From positions 1 to 55,999 of the IMG/VR virus record IMGVR_UViG_3300024262_006261: a stretch of 55,999 nucleotides of DNA. One strand, 5' to 3'. Shown piece after piece: positions 1-7,775 of this stretch. This DNA is from a virus (taxonomy: Duplodnaviria > Caudoviricetes). The translations under genes and the position numbers were made by a program. The notes beneath the pieces were generated by a model. That model was not told where the DNA came from. It made no database searches and saw nothing but the letters and a program-made list of their open reading frames with translations. Position 1 is the first letter of the stretch. Each line of letters begins with the position of its first letter.

Positions 1-615
1 GAAAGAAGCAAGTTCGATAAGACTAAAGAGGCCTTACGAAAAGGTAAAGAGGTTGCTGGTGCTTATACAGACGGTAAGGCCAAAAAGAATTCAGCCAATT
101 TGCGTAGGTTGCTCACACCTCTCAAGAAGAGCGGCTCTATCTTGATTATCATAAGCCAAACAAGAGATAGCTTGGGTTTTGGTTTTGAAAAGAAAAATCG
201 TTCTGGTGGTCGAGCTTTGCGTTTCTATGCTGCAATAGAATTATGGTCTTCGGTCAAAAGTTCTATAACAAAAGTAATTAAAGGAAAGAATAGACAATTA
301 GGAACCTTGTGTTCTATTCGAGTCAAAAAAAATCGAGTAACAGGAAGAGATAGAGTAGTAACAATTCCTATCTACCATTCTTTTGGAATAGATGATATAG
401 GATCATGTGTGGACTACTTATCAAAAGAAGAAGGACATTGGACAACATCAGGTGCTTCTATTACAGCTCCAGAATTCGATTTTACAGGCAATAGAGGTAA
501 ACTCATTAGGCATATAGAAAATGAAGGGTTAGAAAAAGACTTGATAGATATTGTAACAGATACCTGGAATGAAATTGAAGAGGCCTGCAGGGTGAAGAGA
601 AAAAAGAGATACTAG
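1..615 (+). CDS. RecA/UvsX-like recombinase, C-terminal part (5' truncated by the window)
   Basis: Frame open from base 1; motifs 'LIIISQTR', 'SGGRALRFYAAIEL' and 'VKKNRV' match RecA family C-terminal motifs. Confidence 0.85.
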   Translation, partial: ERSKFDKTKEALRKGKEVAGAYTDGKAKKNSANLRRLLTPLKKSGSILIIISQTRDSLGFGFEKKNRSGGRALRFYAAIELWSSVKSSITKVIKGKNRQLGTLCSIRVKKNRVTGRDRVVTIPIYHSFGIDDIGSCVDYLSKEEGHWTTSGASITAPEFDFTGNRGKLIRHIENEGLEKDLIDIVTDTWNEIEEACRVKRKKRY

Positions 616-657
616 ACAGGTTTAGATTATAATATTAGAAGATGACTGAGGCATAAA

Positions 658-1512
658 ATGATTAGAAAAACCTGGCTGCTCTTAGACTGCAATTACCTGT
701 GCCACAGGGCTAAACACTCTACTGGTGGATTGAGTTTCGAGAATACCCCTACTGGTGTTATATATGGCTTACTAAAAACAGTTGCCCATTTCCAAGAACT
801 CTTTAATACTCCTCATGTAGCATTCTGTTGGGATTCCAAAACCTCAAAACGGAAAAAGATATTCTCGGCATACAAAGCTCACCGAGCAAGCAAGTACGAA
901 GACATGGATGAGGACACCAATAAACTCGAAGAAGAATTTAGATGGCAAATGCAAATGCTCCGGAGAGAATACCTACCTACCATAGGCTATAAAAATGTCT
1001 TCGTGCAAAGAGGATACGAAGCAGACGACATAATAGCCTCTATTTGTCTTAATCTCTCTATGCTAGATGAAGCTATTATAGTATCATCTGACCAAGATTT
1101 ATATCAACTAATAGAATCTAACATATCTCTTTTCAATCCCACCAAAGGTAAAATGATGACATTGCAAGGATTCAAAGAGAAGTATGGAATAGAACCTTAC
1201 CTATGGAATACAGTGAAGATAATTGCTGGATGTAATACAGATGGTGTCCCAGGAATAGAAGGAGTAGGCGAAAAGACTGTTGTCAAATACCTAAAAAAAG
1301 AATTAAAAGAAACCACAAAAACCTATCAAAAAATCACCAATATGAGCGATAGTATATATAGAAGGAACAAAAGATTGATTACTTTACCTTTCAAAGGAAC
1401 CAAGGTATTTAAACTTCAAGACGATGAAATCACACAAGAAGGTTGGAATACTGTTATTGAAAAATTAGGAATGATATCTTTAAGAGATAAAGCTCCTATA
1501 TTTAGAGAGTAA
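658..1512 (+). CDS. 5'-3' exonuclease / T4 RNase H-like flap endonuclease
   Basis: 'LLDCNYLCHR', 'YKAHR', 'EADDIIA', 'SSDQDLYQL' and 'DGVPGIEGVGEKT' are PIN/H3TH motifs. Confidence 0.9.
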   Translation: MIRKTWLLLDCNYLCHRAKHSTGGLSFENTPTGVIYGLLKTVAHFQELFNTPHVAFCWDSKTSKRKKIFSAYKAHRASKYEDMDEDTNKLEEEFRWQMQMLRREYLPTIGYKNVFVQRGYEADDIIASICLNLSMLDEAIIVSSDQDLYQLIESNISLFNPTKGKMMTLQGFKEKYGIEPYLWNTVKIIAGCNTDGVPGIEGVGEKTVVKYLKKELKETTKTYQKITNMSDSIYRRNKRLITLPFKGTKVFKLQDDEITQEGWNTVIEKLGMISLRDKAPIFRE

Positions 1513-1550
1513 TCAAAGTAAAGAAGCAAAAGCATAATATAAAAGAACGG

Positions 1551-1673
1551 ATGATAACAACCAAAGAAGGGTTACAAATCAAAGTAATAGAATTTGCCCC
1601 GTGCAACAATACTACCGATTTAGAAAACTTTGTTACTCAAAATATTCACAGAGTTTCTGAAAGGAAAGAATGA
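1551..1673 (+). CDS. possible 40-aa hypothetical protein (not in the ORF track)
   Basis: ATG at 1551, MITTKEGLQIKVIEF...; its stop overlaps the next ATG (ATGA). Confidence 0.3.
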   Translation: MITTKEGLQIKVIEFAPCNNTTDLENFVTQNIHRVSERKE

Positions 1674-2257
1674 AATTTATACTCTACATAAAGATATTTA
1701 TGATATCTGTTTTTTTTGTTTTTGGTTGTGAGACTAAAAAAGACTTACTACCGCGTGATACTCTGTTGTCTCAGAGAGTCTCAATGTTAGGATCAGATAC
1801 GCAACAAAGAAGCAGTGTTAAGTCTATTCAAATAGTATTTAATGAAGAAGTAATTATTCCTAACGATGCTCTTTGGATTACAAAAAATGGACAGGCTATA
1901 AATTTGTCCAATGCTACTTTCACCTACGAAAATAGGACAGCTACATGGACATTTATAGAATCTTTGCCAGATGGCCTATATGTAGCAACAGTAAAAGCAG
2001 ATAAGATAACAGACATTGCCGGTAATCATTTGGACGGAGATAAGGATGGTATAGCAGGTGGTGACTTTTTATTATCTTTTTTCCGACTCTATGGCGATAC
2101 CACTGGAGATGGAACGGTAAACAGGGAAGACTTGATTATTATGATTAACAAATGGTTAGAACCGCCAGAACAAACAGGATTAGATTTTAATAGAGATGGT
2201 ATCATAAATTGTATAGATATAGCAGTTTTTGCTAAGAATTGGAATAAATCTATATAA
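1670..2257 (+). CDS. lipoprotein with Ig-like domain and dockerin/EF-hand-like C-terminus
   Basis: Signal with lipobox-like 'VFGC'; beta-rich middle; paired Ca-binding motifs 'GDTTGDGTVNREDL' and 'DFNRDGIINCIDI'. Confidence 0.7.
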   Translation: MKFILYIKIFMISVFFVFGCETKKDLLPRDTLLSQRVSMLGSDTQQRSSVKSIQIVFNEEVIIPNDALWITKNGQAINLSNATFTYENRTATWTFIESLPDGLYVATVKADKITDIAGNHLDGDKDGIAGGDFLLSFFRLYGDTTGDGTVNREDLIIMINKWLEPPEQTGLDFNRDGIINCIDIAVFAKNWNKSI

Positions 2258-2269
2258 AAGGACAGAATA

Positions 2270-2407
2270 ATGGCAAAAGGAAGTTCATTTGAAAGAGAAA
2301 TATGTACTATCCTAAGTAAGTGGTGGACAAACAATGAGAGGGACGATGTGTTTTGGAGAACAGCAGGCAGTGGGGCAAGGGCCACAACCCGAAGCAAAAA
2401 TAATTAA
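2270..2407 (+). pseudogene. stranded 45-codon 5' fragment of a Holliday junction resolvase
   Basis: MAKGSSFEREICTILSKWWTNNERDDVFWRTAGSGARATTRSKNN*; 29 of 43 aligned residues identical to the N-terminus of 3392..3976. Confidence 0.85.
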
Positions 2408-2414
2408 AAAGTAC

Positions 2415-2442
2415 TTGACAATCTCCAATAAAGGTATATAAT
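2415..2442 (+). promoter_or_regulatory. sigma70-type promoter for the endonuclease cassette
   Basis: TTGACA (2415-2420), 16 nt spacer, TATAAT (2437-2442). Confidence 0.75.
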
Positions 2443-2448
2443 AATGGT

Positions 2449-2556
2449 ATGCTATACAGGAATATACAAAAAGCGAACCAGTCAGAGACAGTTCTTAGAC
2501 ATAATAGTCTGCCTGTATAGCAACTCTGACTGGTTCTTATTTTTGGAGATACCATA
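2449..2556 (+). promoter_or_regulatory. structured 5' leader with crossing stems
   Basis: GCTATACAGG 2451-2460 pairs with 2512-2521; GAACCAGTCAGAG 2475-2487 pairs with 2524-2536; T-rich tract, GGAG RBS and ATG follow. Confidence 0.6.
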
Positions 2557-3390
2557 ATGCCAGGTAAGGTTTATATAAAAACAGAAGAAATTAGAAGAAG
2601 AAAAATAAGTGAGGCCCGCAAAGGAACACGCCATTCAGAGGAAACTAAGAGAAAGATAAGTAAAAGTAAAAGAGGAAAACTCAATCATTTTTATGGAAAA
2701 CAACATACAGAACAGTCTAAAAAGAAAATGAGGGAATCTGCAAAAAGAAGACCACCTTGTTCAGAAGAAACAAAAAGGAAATTAGGATTAAAAACAAAGA
2801 ATAGAATATGGACGGAAGAATCAAGAAAGAAATGCAGCATCGCTAAAATAGGAATACTCAATCCTATGTATGGTAAAAAGATGTCAGACGAAGACAAACA
2901 AAAAAGACGGGAATCTAATTTGGGCAAACATTTCCATGTCAAAAGTAAAGAATTGAAAGAGAGAATTAGTAAAACAGGATTAAGACTCTGGCAAAATCCC
3001 GAATATAGAGAAAAACAATTAAAGGCTATATTCAAAGGACTTGATATTAAACCAACCAAACCAGAGAGAAGAATGAGAAATGGTTTGAATAAAATGTTTC
3101 CTGGAGAATATAAATATGTTGGTAATGGTGAGATTTGGATAGCAGGAAAAAATCCTGATTTTATAAATGTAAATGGACAGAAAAAGATTATAGAATTGTT
3201 TGGTAACTTCTGGCACGGAGAAAAATGTAGATTCAAGATATATGGAGATGAATCTTCGAATAAAGAACATGCACAGCAAAGAATAAATCATTTTGCCAAA
3301 TATGGTTATAGAACTTTGATTGTTTGGGAAAGTGAATTAAAGAATATATTTAAATTAAAAAAGAAACTTGTAGAGTTTCAGAAAGGATAA
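2557..3390 (+). CDS. putative homing endonuclease: NUMOD3-like repeats plus Vsr/DUF559-like PD-(D/E)XK nuclease
   Basis: 'HSEETKRKIS' and 'NPMYGK' repeats; C-terminal 'NPDFIN..KKIIELFGNFWH' and 'GYRTLIVWESEL'. Confidence 0.8.
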   Translation: MPGKVYIKTEEIRRRKISEARKGTRHSEETKRKISKSKRGKLNHFYGKQHTEQSKKKMRESAKRRPPCSEETKRKLGLKTKNRIWTEESRKKCSIAKIGILNPMYGKKMSDEDKQKRRESNLGKHFHVKSKELKERISKTGLRLWQNPEYREKQLKAIFKGLDIKPTKPERRMRNGLNKMFPGEYKYVGNGEIWIAGKNPDFINVNGQKKIIELFGNFWHGEKCRFKIYGDESSNKEHAQQRINHFAKYGYRTLIVWESELKNIFKLKKKLVEFQKG

Positions 3391-3391
3391 A

Positions 3392-3976
3392 ATGAAAGGT
3401 TCACATAAAGGAAGTGCATTTGAACGTGATATCTGCAAGCAACTTTCACTCTGGTGGTCCAAAGGTGAGAACGACGATATATTTTGGCGTACTCCAGGTT
3501 CGGGAGCAAGAGCTACAGTAAGAAATAAAAAAAATAAGGAATCAATGGGATTCTCAGATATTCAAGCTACCGACCCTATCGGGCAACCCTTAATAGACCT
3601 TTGTAGCATAGAACTGAAACGGGGCTATTCCAAAACTACCTTTGCTGATGTGATAGATAAACTGGACAAATCCAAAGAACAACTGTTTGAATCCTTTGTC
3701 AAACAAGCTACCTCAGATGGAAATCTCTCTGGATGTTTTTCATGGACATTAATAACCAAAAGGGATAGAAGAAAACCTTTGATTTTTACTACTCTATATC
3801 TCTATGAACACTTGAAATCAGTTGGATGTGATTTTAGCGAGACCACTCATACATTTTTATACTTCAAAAGTAAAGAGGGTTATAACTACAAGATTTTTGG
3901 AGCACCTCTAGAAGATTTTCTTAAAATTGTTAAACCTTCGGACATCAAGAAAATCATAGCAAAATGTGGAATATGA
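3392..3976 (+). CDS. Holliday junction resolvase (Hjc-like PD-(D/E)XK)
   Basis: 'KGSAFER', 'RTPGSGA', 'SDI' and 'IELKRG' motifs. Confidence 0.8.
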   Translation: MKGSHKGSAFERDICKQLSLWWSKGENDDIFWRTPGSGARATVRNKKNKESMGFSDIQATDPIGQPLIDLCSIELKRGYSKTTFADVIDKLDKSKEQLFESFVKQATSDGNLSGCFSWTLITKRDRRKPLIFTTLYLYEHLKSVGCDFSETTHTFLYFKSKEGYNYKIFGAPLEDFLKIVKPSDIKKIIAKCGI

Positions 3977-3979
3977 TAA

Positions 3980-4234
3980 ATGATCTCACCCAATAACATT
4001 AAAAAGTCTCAAGCCAAGCATATCCTCAAATTGATAGAGGAGGCTACCAGAGCAGAGGTGTTGGCTCGCCTTGGTCCCTATAGATTTCCTGAATATGCAA
4101 ATTGGTTTGGAGTAGCACTAGAAAAGCGAGAAGAATTATTAGAATATGTTTTTGGAACATCAAACTTGGTTGAATTGGGACAGCATTGGAAGATATTAGA
4201 TAGAACAGGAAAAGATAGGAAAAAGAAGAAATGA
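3980..4234 (+). CDS. hypothetical protein
   Basis: 84-aa ORF in operon context. Confidence 0.6.
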   Translation: MISPNNIKKSQAKHILKLIEEATRAEVLARLGPYRFPEYANWFGVALEKREELLEYVFGTSNLVELGQHWKILDRTGKDRKKKK

Positions 4235-4278
4235 GAGTACAACACCTGATATATCTCATCCTCAATAAGGTTAATAAT

Positions 4279-4353
4279 AAGTAGGCACGTGGCAACGATA
4301 CACTATGGGTCATGTATCGGGGGTAGGTTTGCCTATTTACCTACCCCAGCCAC
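4279..4353 (+). ncRNA. candidate structured RNA (three-way junction plus pseudoknot)
   Basis: Stems 4289-93/4349-53, 4296-4302/4313-19 and 4320-28/4339-47; loop 4330-38 pairs with 4279-87. Confidence 0.5.
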
Positions 4354-4373
4354 AATATCATAGGAATATAACG

Positions 4374-5402
4374 ATGATAGAAAAAATTCAAATAAGAAAC
4401 TTCCGAACACACAAAAGGTTGGATATAGAATTCTGTCCCTTTGTCAATTCTATTATTGGACGAAATGCTGCTGGTAAAAGCACAGTCATAAGAGCTATAA
4501 AATGGATAGTAAAAAATAAGCCTGCAGGAGATTCTATTATCAATTGGAATGCAGATAAAGCTTCTGTTCGACTTACCATTGATGGAAATAGAATAACTCG
4601 CACTAGAGGCAAAGGTATTAACATCTACAAAATCAATAAGAACGAACCGTATAAAGCCTTTGGTAGTGAGGTTCCTAAAGAAGTCGAGAATATAGTAAAT
4701 CTTTCAGATATCAATTTTCAAGGACAACACGAGGCCCCTTTTTGGTTCTGCAAGACAGCTGGTGAAGTCTCTCGTCAACTAAACTCTATCGTCAATTTGG
4801 AAAGAATAGATAGCACTCTAAAAAATATAGCTTCTTTCTTACACAAATCTCGTACATCCATTGAAATAATAGAAGGTAGATTAAGTAAAATATTGACACG
4901 ACAAGAATCTCTTGCTTATGTAGAAGAAATGGATGAGGAACTAAAAAATGCAGAACAAGAATACAGCGAATATCAAGAGATTAACTCAGAATTGGCTCTC
5001 TTACAAAATACGTTAAAATTGGTGTTATTACATAGGTCGGAGCGAAATATCGCGAGAGGTCTTAGAAGAGACAGTAAATTAGCATTGTCTAAGGGGCAAG
5101 TATACCAAGAAATATCTATTCAAATAGAAGACCTGTCAAAAGTATTGGAAACAGGTAAATCGCTTTTAATATCTATAAATAAAAGGCCCCCTCCATGGAA
5201 TCGATTAGAAATTCTCCAAACAAAACAGGAGGTGGCTTCCAATCAATATAATGCACTTGGTGGACTATTACAAACAATAGAAGAATATGAGGAAATCAAA
5301 TGTCTGAAGAAAGAAGAATTGCAAAAGCTCAAGAAAGACATTCGCAAAGTCGTCGGCGACAGATGCCCCTTATGTGGGACAAAAACGGATCGAAAGTCAT
5401 AG
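4374..5402 (+). CDS. SbcC/Rad50 (gp46-like) N-terminal half
   Basis: Likely start MIEKIQIRNF at 4374; Walker A GRNAAGKS, Q-loop QGQH, coiled coil, ends in zinc hook CPLC. Confidence 0.85.
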   Translation: MIEKIQIRNFRTHKRLDIEFCPFVNSIIGRNAAGKSTVIRAIKWIVKNKPAGDSIINWNADKASVRLTIDGNRITRTRGKGINIYKINKNEPYKAFGSEVPKEVENIVNLSDINFQGQHEAPFWFCKTAGEVSRQLNSIVNLERIDSTLKNIASFLHKSRTSIEIIEGRLSKILTRQESLAYVEEMDEELKNAEQEYSEYQEINSELALLQNTLKLVLLHRSERNIARGLRRDSKLALSKGQVYQEISIQIEDLSKVLETGKSLLISINKRPPPWNRLEILQTKQEVASNQYNALGGLLQTIEEYEEIKCLKKEELQKLKKDIRKVVGDRCPLCGTKTDRKS

Positions 5403-6295
5403 CTATCTTATGCTCGGATTTTCATTTATCTCTCAATCCTCCAATTTTTCGTTCGGTAGAAAAGGATTGGTTCGAGGCTATGAGACGCCCCTTGGATGAA
5501 ATTAAAAGATTACAAAAAAAACATAATTGCCTTGTTCTTTGTGCAGGAGATATATTTGATAAGTGGAATAGTCCTCCCGAATTAATCAATTTTGCATTGG
5601 AGCATCTACCTAACGGAATGATATCTATCCCAGGTCAACATGATTTACCTCTTCACAGGTACGAAGATATAGAAAAAAGTGCATATTGGACTCTAGAAAA
5701 GGCTTGTAAGATAATAGACATAAATAGGAATAAAGACTTGATTGGAACAGATAAATTGGCTCTATATGGATTTCCTTATGGGTGCAAAATAGAGCCCCGT
5801 ACAAAGACAAAAGACGATGTCATAAGAATAGCAATAGCACACGAATATTGTTGTATAGAAGGACACAACTATCCTCAAGCTCCTGATGAAAGTTACCTTC
5901 GTATGAATAAAGAACGATTAGTAGGATATAATGTAATAATGTTCGGGGATAACCACAAGGGTTTTATGCATCCTATCAATCAAAATTCTACAGTATTCAA
6001 CTGTGGGTCGCTTATGAGGAGAAAATCAGACGAAGTGGATTACAAACCTCAAGTAGGAATACTATTTGATTCAGGGCGAGTAAAACCATATCATCTAGAT
6101 ACCTCCGAAGACAAATATTTAGAAGTTCAAGAAGGTATAGATGAAAAAACCTCCCTTGATATGAAAACCTTCGTTGAAGAATTAGAAAAATTGGGGGAAA
6201 CTGATCTAGACTTCCAAGAGGTGATGAAAGAATATCTAGAGAAAAACCGGATAAATGATGCTGTTTGCAAAATAATCTTAAGAGCAATGGAGTAA
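5300..6295 (+). CDS. SbcD/Mre11 (gp47-like) metallophosphoesterase nuclease
   Basis: SDFH, AGDIFD, PGQHD, GDNH and NCGSL motifs. Confidence 0.9.
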   Translation: MSEERRIAKAQERHSQSRRRQMPLMWDKNGSKVIAILCSDFHLSLNPPIFRSVEKDWFEAMRRPLDEIKRLQKKHNCLVLCAGDIFDKWNSPPELINFALEHLPNGMISIPGQHDLPLHRYEDIEKSAYWTLEKACKIIDINRNKDLIGTDKLALYGFPYGCKIEPRTKTKDDVIRIAIAHEYCCIEGHNYPQAPDESYLRMNKERLVGYNVIMFGDNHKGFMHPINQNSTVFNCGSLMRRKSDEVDYKPQVGILFDSGRVKPYHLDTSEDKYLEVQEGIDEKTSLDMKTFVEELEKLGETDLDFQEVMKEYLEKNRINDAVCKIILRAME

Positions 6296-6298
6296 AGA

Positions 6299-6541
6299 AT
6301 GGATGATAATTTAAGAAAGTATATGGAACTAAAGAAAAAAGTGGAGTTGGCTCAACAAAAGGCGGATAGAGCAGAAGGAGCTCTCCAACAAGTTATGAAC
6401 CGACTCGAGGAGGATTTTGAATGTAGTTCCGTAGAAGATGCAGAAAAGAAGTTGAAAATCTTAGAAAAACAAAAGCAAAAAGCAAAAGAAGAATTTGAGA
6501 ATGCTGTAGAAGCATTCGAAGAAAAATGGGGTAACGCCTAG
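6299..6541 (+). CDS. small coiled-coil protein
   Basis: 80 aa, E/K-rich heptad pattern. Confidence 0.65.
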   Translation: MDDNLRKYMELKKKVELAQQKADRAEGALQQVMNRLEEDFECSSVEDAEKKLKILEKQKQKAKEEFENAVEAFEEKWGNA

Positions 6542-6554
6542 AAGGGAGTCTAAA

Positions 6555-6788
6555 ATGCTAGTGCTTAGTAGACATGTAGGACAATCAATAATCATAGGTC
6601 GAGGGCATAAGACAATAAAAGTCAAGATAATCGATATTCAAAAGGGTACTGCTCGACTCGGAATAGAAGCAGACAAATCCATATCCGTTCATAGAGAAGA
6701 GGTTCTTAAATCAATACAAAGAGGAGAAAAACCAAAATCTCTTATGTCTATAGATTATAAAAGAGGGGAGATTAAAGGAATCAAATGA
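6555..6788 (+). CDS. csrA: carbon storage regulator CsrA-like RNA-binding protein
   Basis: MLVLSR..GQSIIIG...ARLGIEA.KSISVHREE signature. Confidence 0.9.
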   Translation: MLVLSRHVGQSIIIGRGHKTIKVKIIDIQKGTARLGIEADKSISVHREEVLKSIQRGEKPKSLMSIDYKRGEIKGIK

Positions 6789-7354
6789 ATATTTTGGAAG
6801 TACGAAAAAGGGTCAATGTTCTCCTTGGCGAATTAAATTCCACTAGCAGACAGCACAAAGAAGAAGAAAAGAGCCTCGAACAAGCAAAAAAAGAATTAGA
6901 GGACATCAAAGAAGCACAAGATATTGCCCAACAGGTATCTCAAATGATACAGCAACAGGCCCATCAAAAGATAGAAGGTGTGGTTAACGAATGCTTAAAA
7001 GTGGTATTTGGAGACACATATAAATTCAAGATAGACTTTCAAAGGAAAAGAGGAAAAACAGAAGCAGATTTACTACTATTAAAAGATGGGTACGAAATAG
7101 GAAATGCAATGGATGCCGACTCCGGTGGGGTAGTAGATTTGTGTAGTTTTGCCTTGAGGTTATCCTGTATTGCTCTATCCAAACCTCATCTAAGAAGAAT
7201 AATTTTATTAGACGAACCCTTCCGAAATTTAGATATGCAAAATCGAGCAAAGGTGGGAATGCTACTAGAACAACTATCCAAAGACTTCAAAATGCAATTC
7301 ATCGTGGTGACTCACGAGTCTGCGTTCAAAATGGGAAAGGTGATTGAAATATAA
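6785..7354 (+). CDS. SbcC/Rad50 C-terminal half
   Basis: Coiled coil, signature DSGG, Walker B/D-loop ILLDEPFRNLD, H-loop VVTHE. Confidence 0.85.
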   Translation: MNILEVRKRVNVLLGELNSTSRQHKEEEKSLEQAKKELEDIKEAQDIAQQVSQMIQQQAHQKIEGVVNECLKVVFGDTYKFKIDFQRKRGKTEADLLLLKDGYEIGNAMDADSGGVVDLCSFALRLSCIALSKPHLRRIILLDEPFRNLDMQNRAKVGMLLEQLSKDFKMQFIVVTHESAFKMGKVIEI

Positions 7355-7379
7355 AAGAGTTTAAAGGAAAGGAATACCA

Positions 7380-7682
7380 ATGGAAGAAAAGAGATGGGCA
7401 TCAAGAAACAAAGACGGGTCTTACAATCTTCACATGATGTCTGAAACAAAGCCTAAAATAGATACATGCGGCAAATTTACTAAAGGAGTTCTGGTAGCAC
7501 TTGACGAAGAGCTATTTCACGAACTTGTAGAAAGTAGAATCAAAAAAGGAGATTGCAAAGAGATAGAAACGATTAATTTTAATTTAGAGCTTCGATTGAA
7601 AGGAGAAGCAAAGAAGAAGCCCAATCCCCAAGCTCCCATTGTAGCAGATATATTAGCAAACGCAGAGCCTCCAATACGGTAA
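7380..7682 (+). CDS. hypothetical protein
   Basis: 100-aa ORF with AGGA RBS. Confidence 0.6.
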   Translation: MEEKRWASRNKDGSYNLHMMSETKPKIDTCGKFTKGVLVALDEELFHELVESRIKKGDCKEIETINFNLELRLKGEAKKKPNPQAPIVADILANAEPPIR

Positions 7683-7693
7683 AAAGTGGAATC

Positions 7694-7749
7694 AAAGAAA
7701 TAAACCCTCCCCAGCAGAAGTAGCGTACACTACCTCCACCAGGGAAGGT
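7694..7749 (-). terminator. intrinsic terminator closing the long minus-strand block
   Basis: On the minus strand a ~20-bp stem with several G-U pairs (ACCTTCCCTGGTGGAGGTAG / CTACTTCTGCTGGGGAGGGT) followed by TTATTTCTTT; lies at the convergence point. Confidence 0.7.
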
Positions 7750-7775
7750 CAAAGGAGAGAGTAGTACATATCTTA

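Noticed and set aside
2089-3291. Minus-strand ORFs opposite the lipoprotein and endonuclease, and similar short antisense ORFs throughout the window
   Set aside because: They largely overlap well-supported genes on the other strand and have no motifs
2408-3391. Group I intron or intein in the resolvase
   Set aside because: The upstream piece ends in a stop codon, the downstream gene has its own full N-terminus, and there is no intron core or room for one after the endonuclease
4305-4373. N-terminal extension of SbcC given by the ORF track
   Set aside because: Family homology begins at MIEKIQIRNF (4374), which has its own AGGA RBS; the extension overlaps the RNA structure
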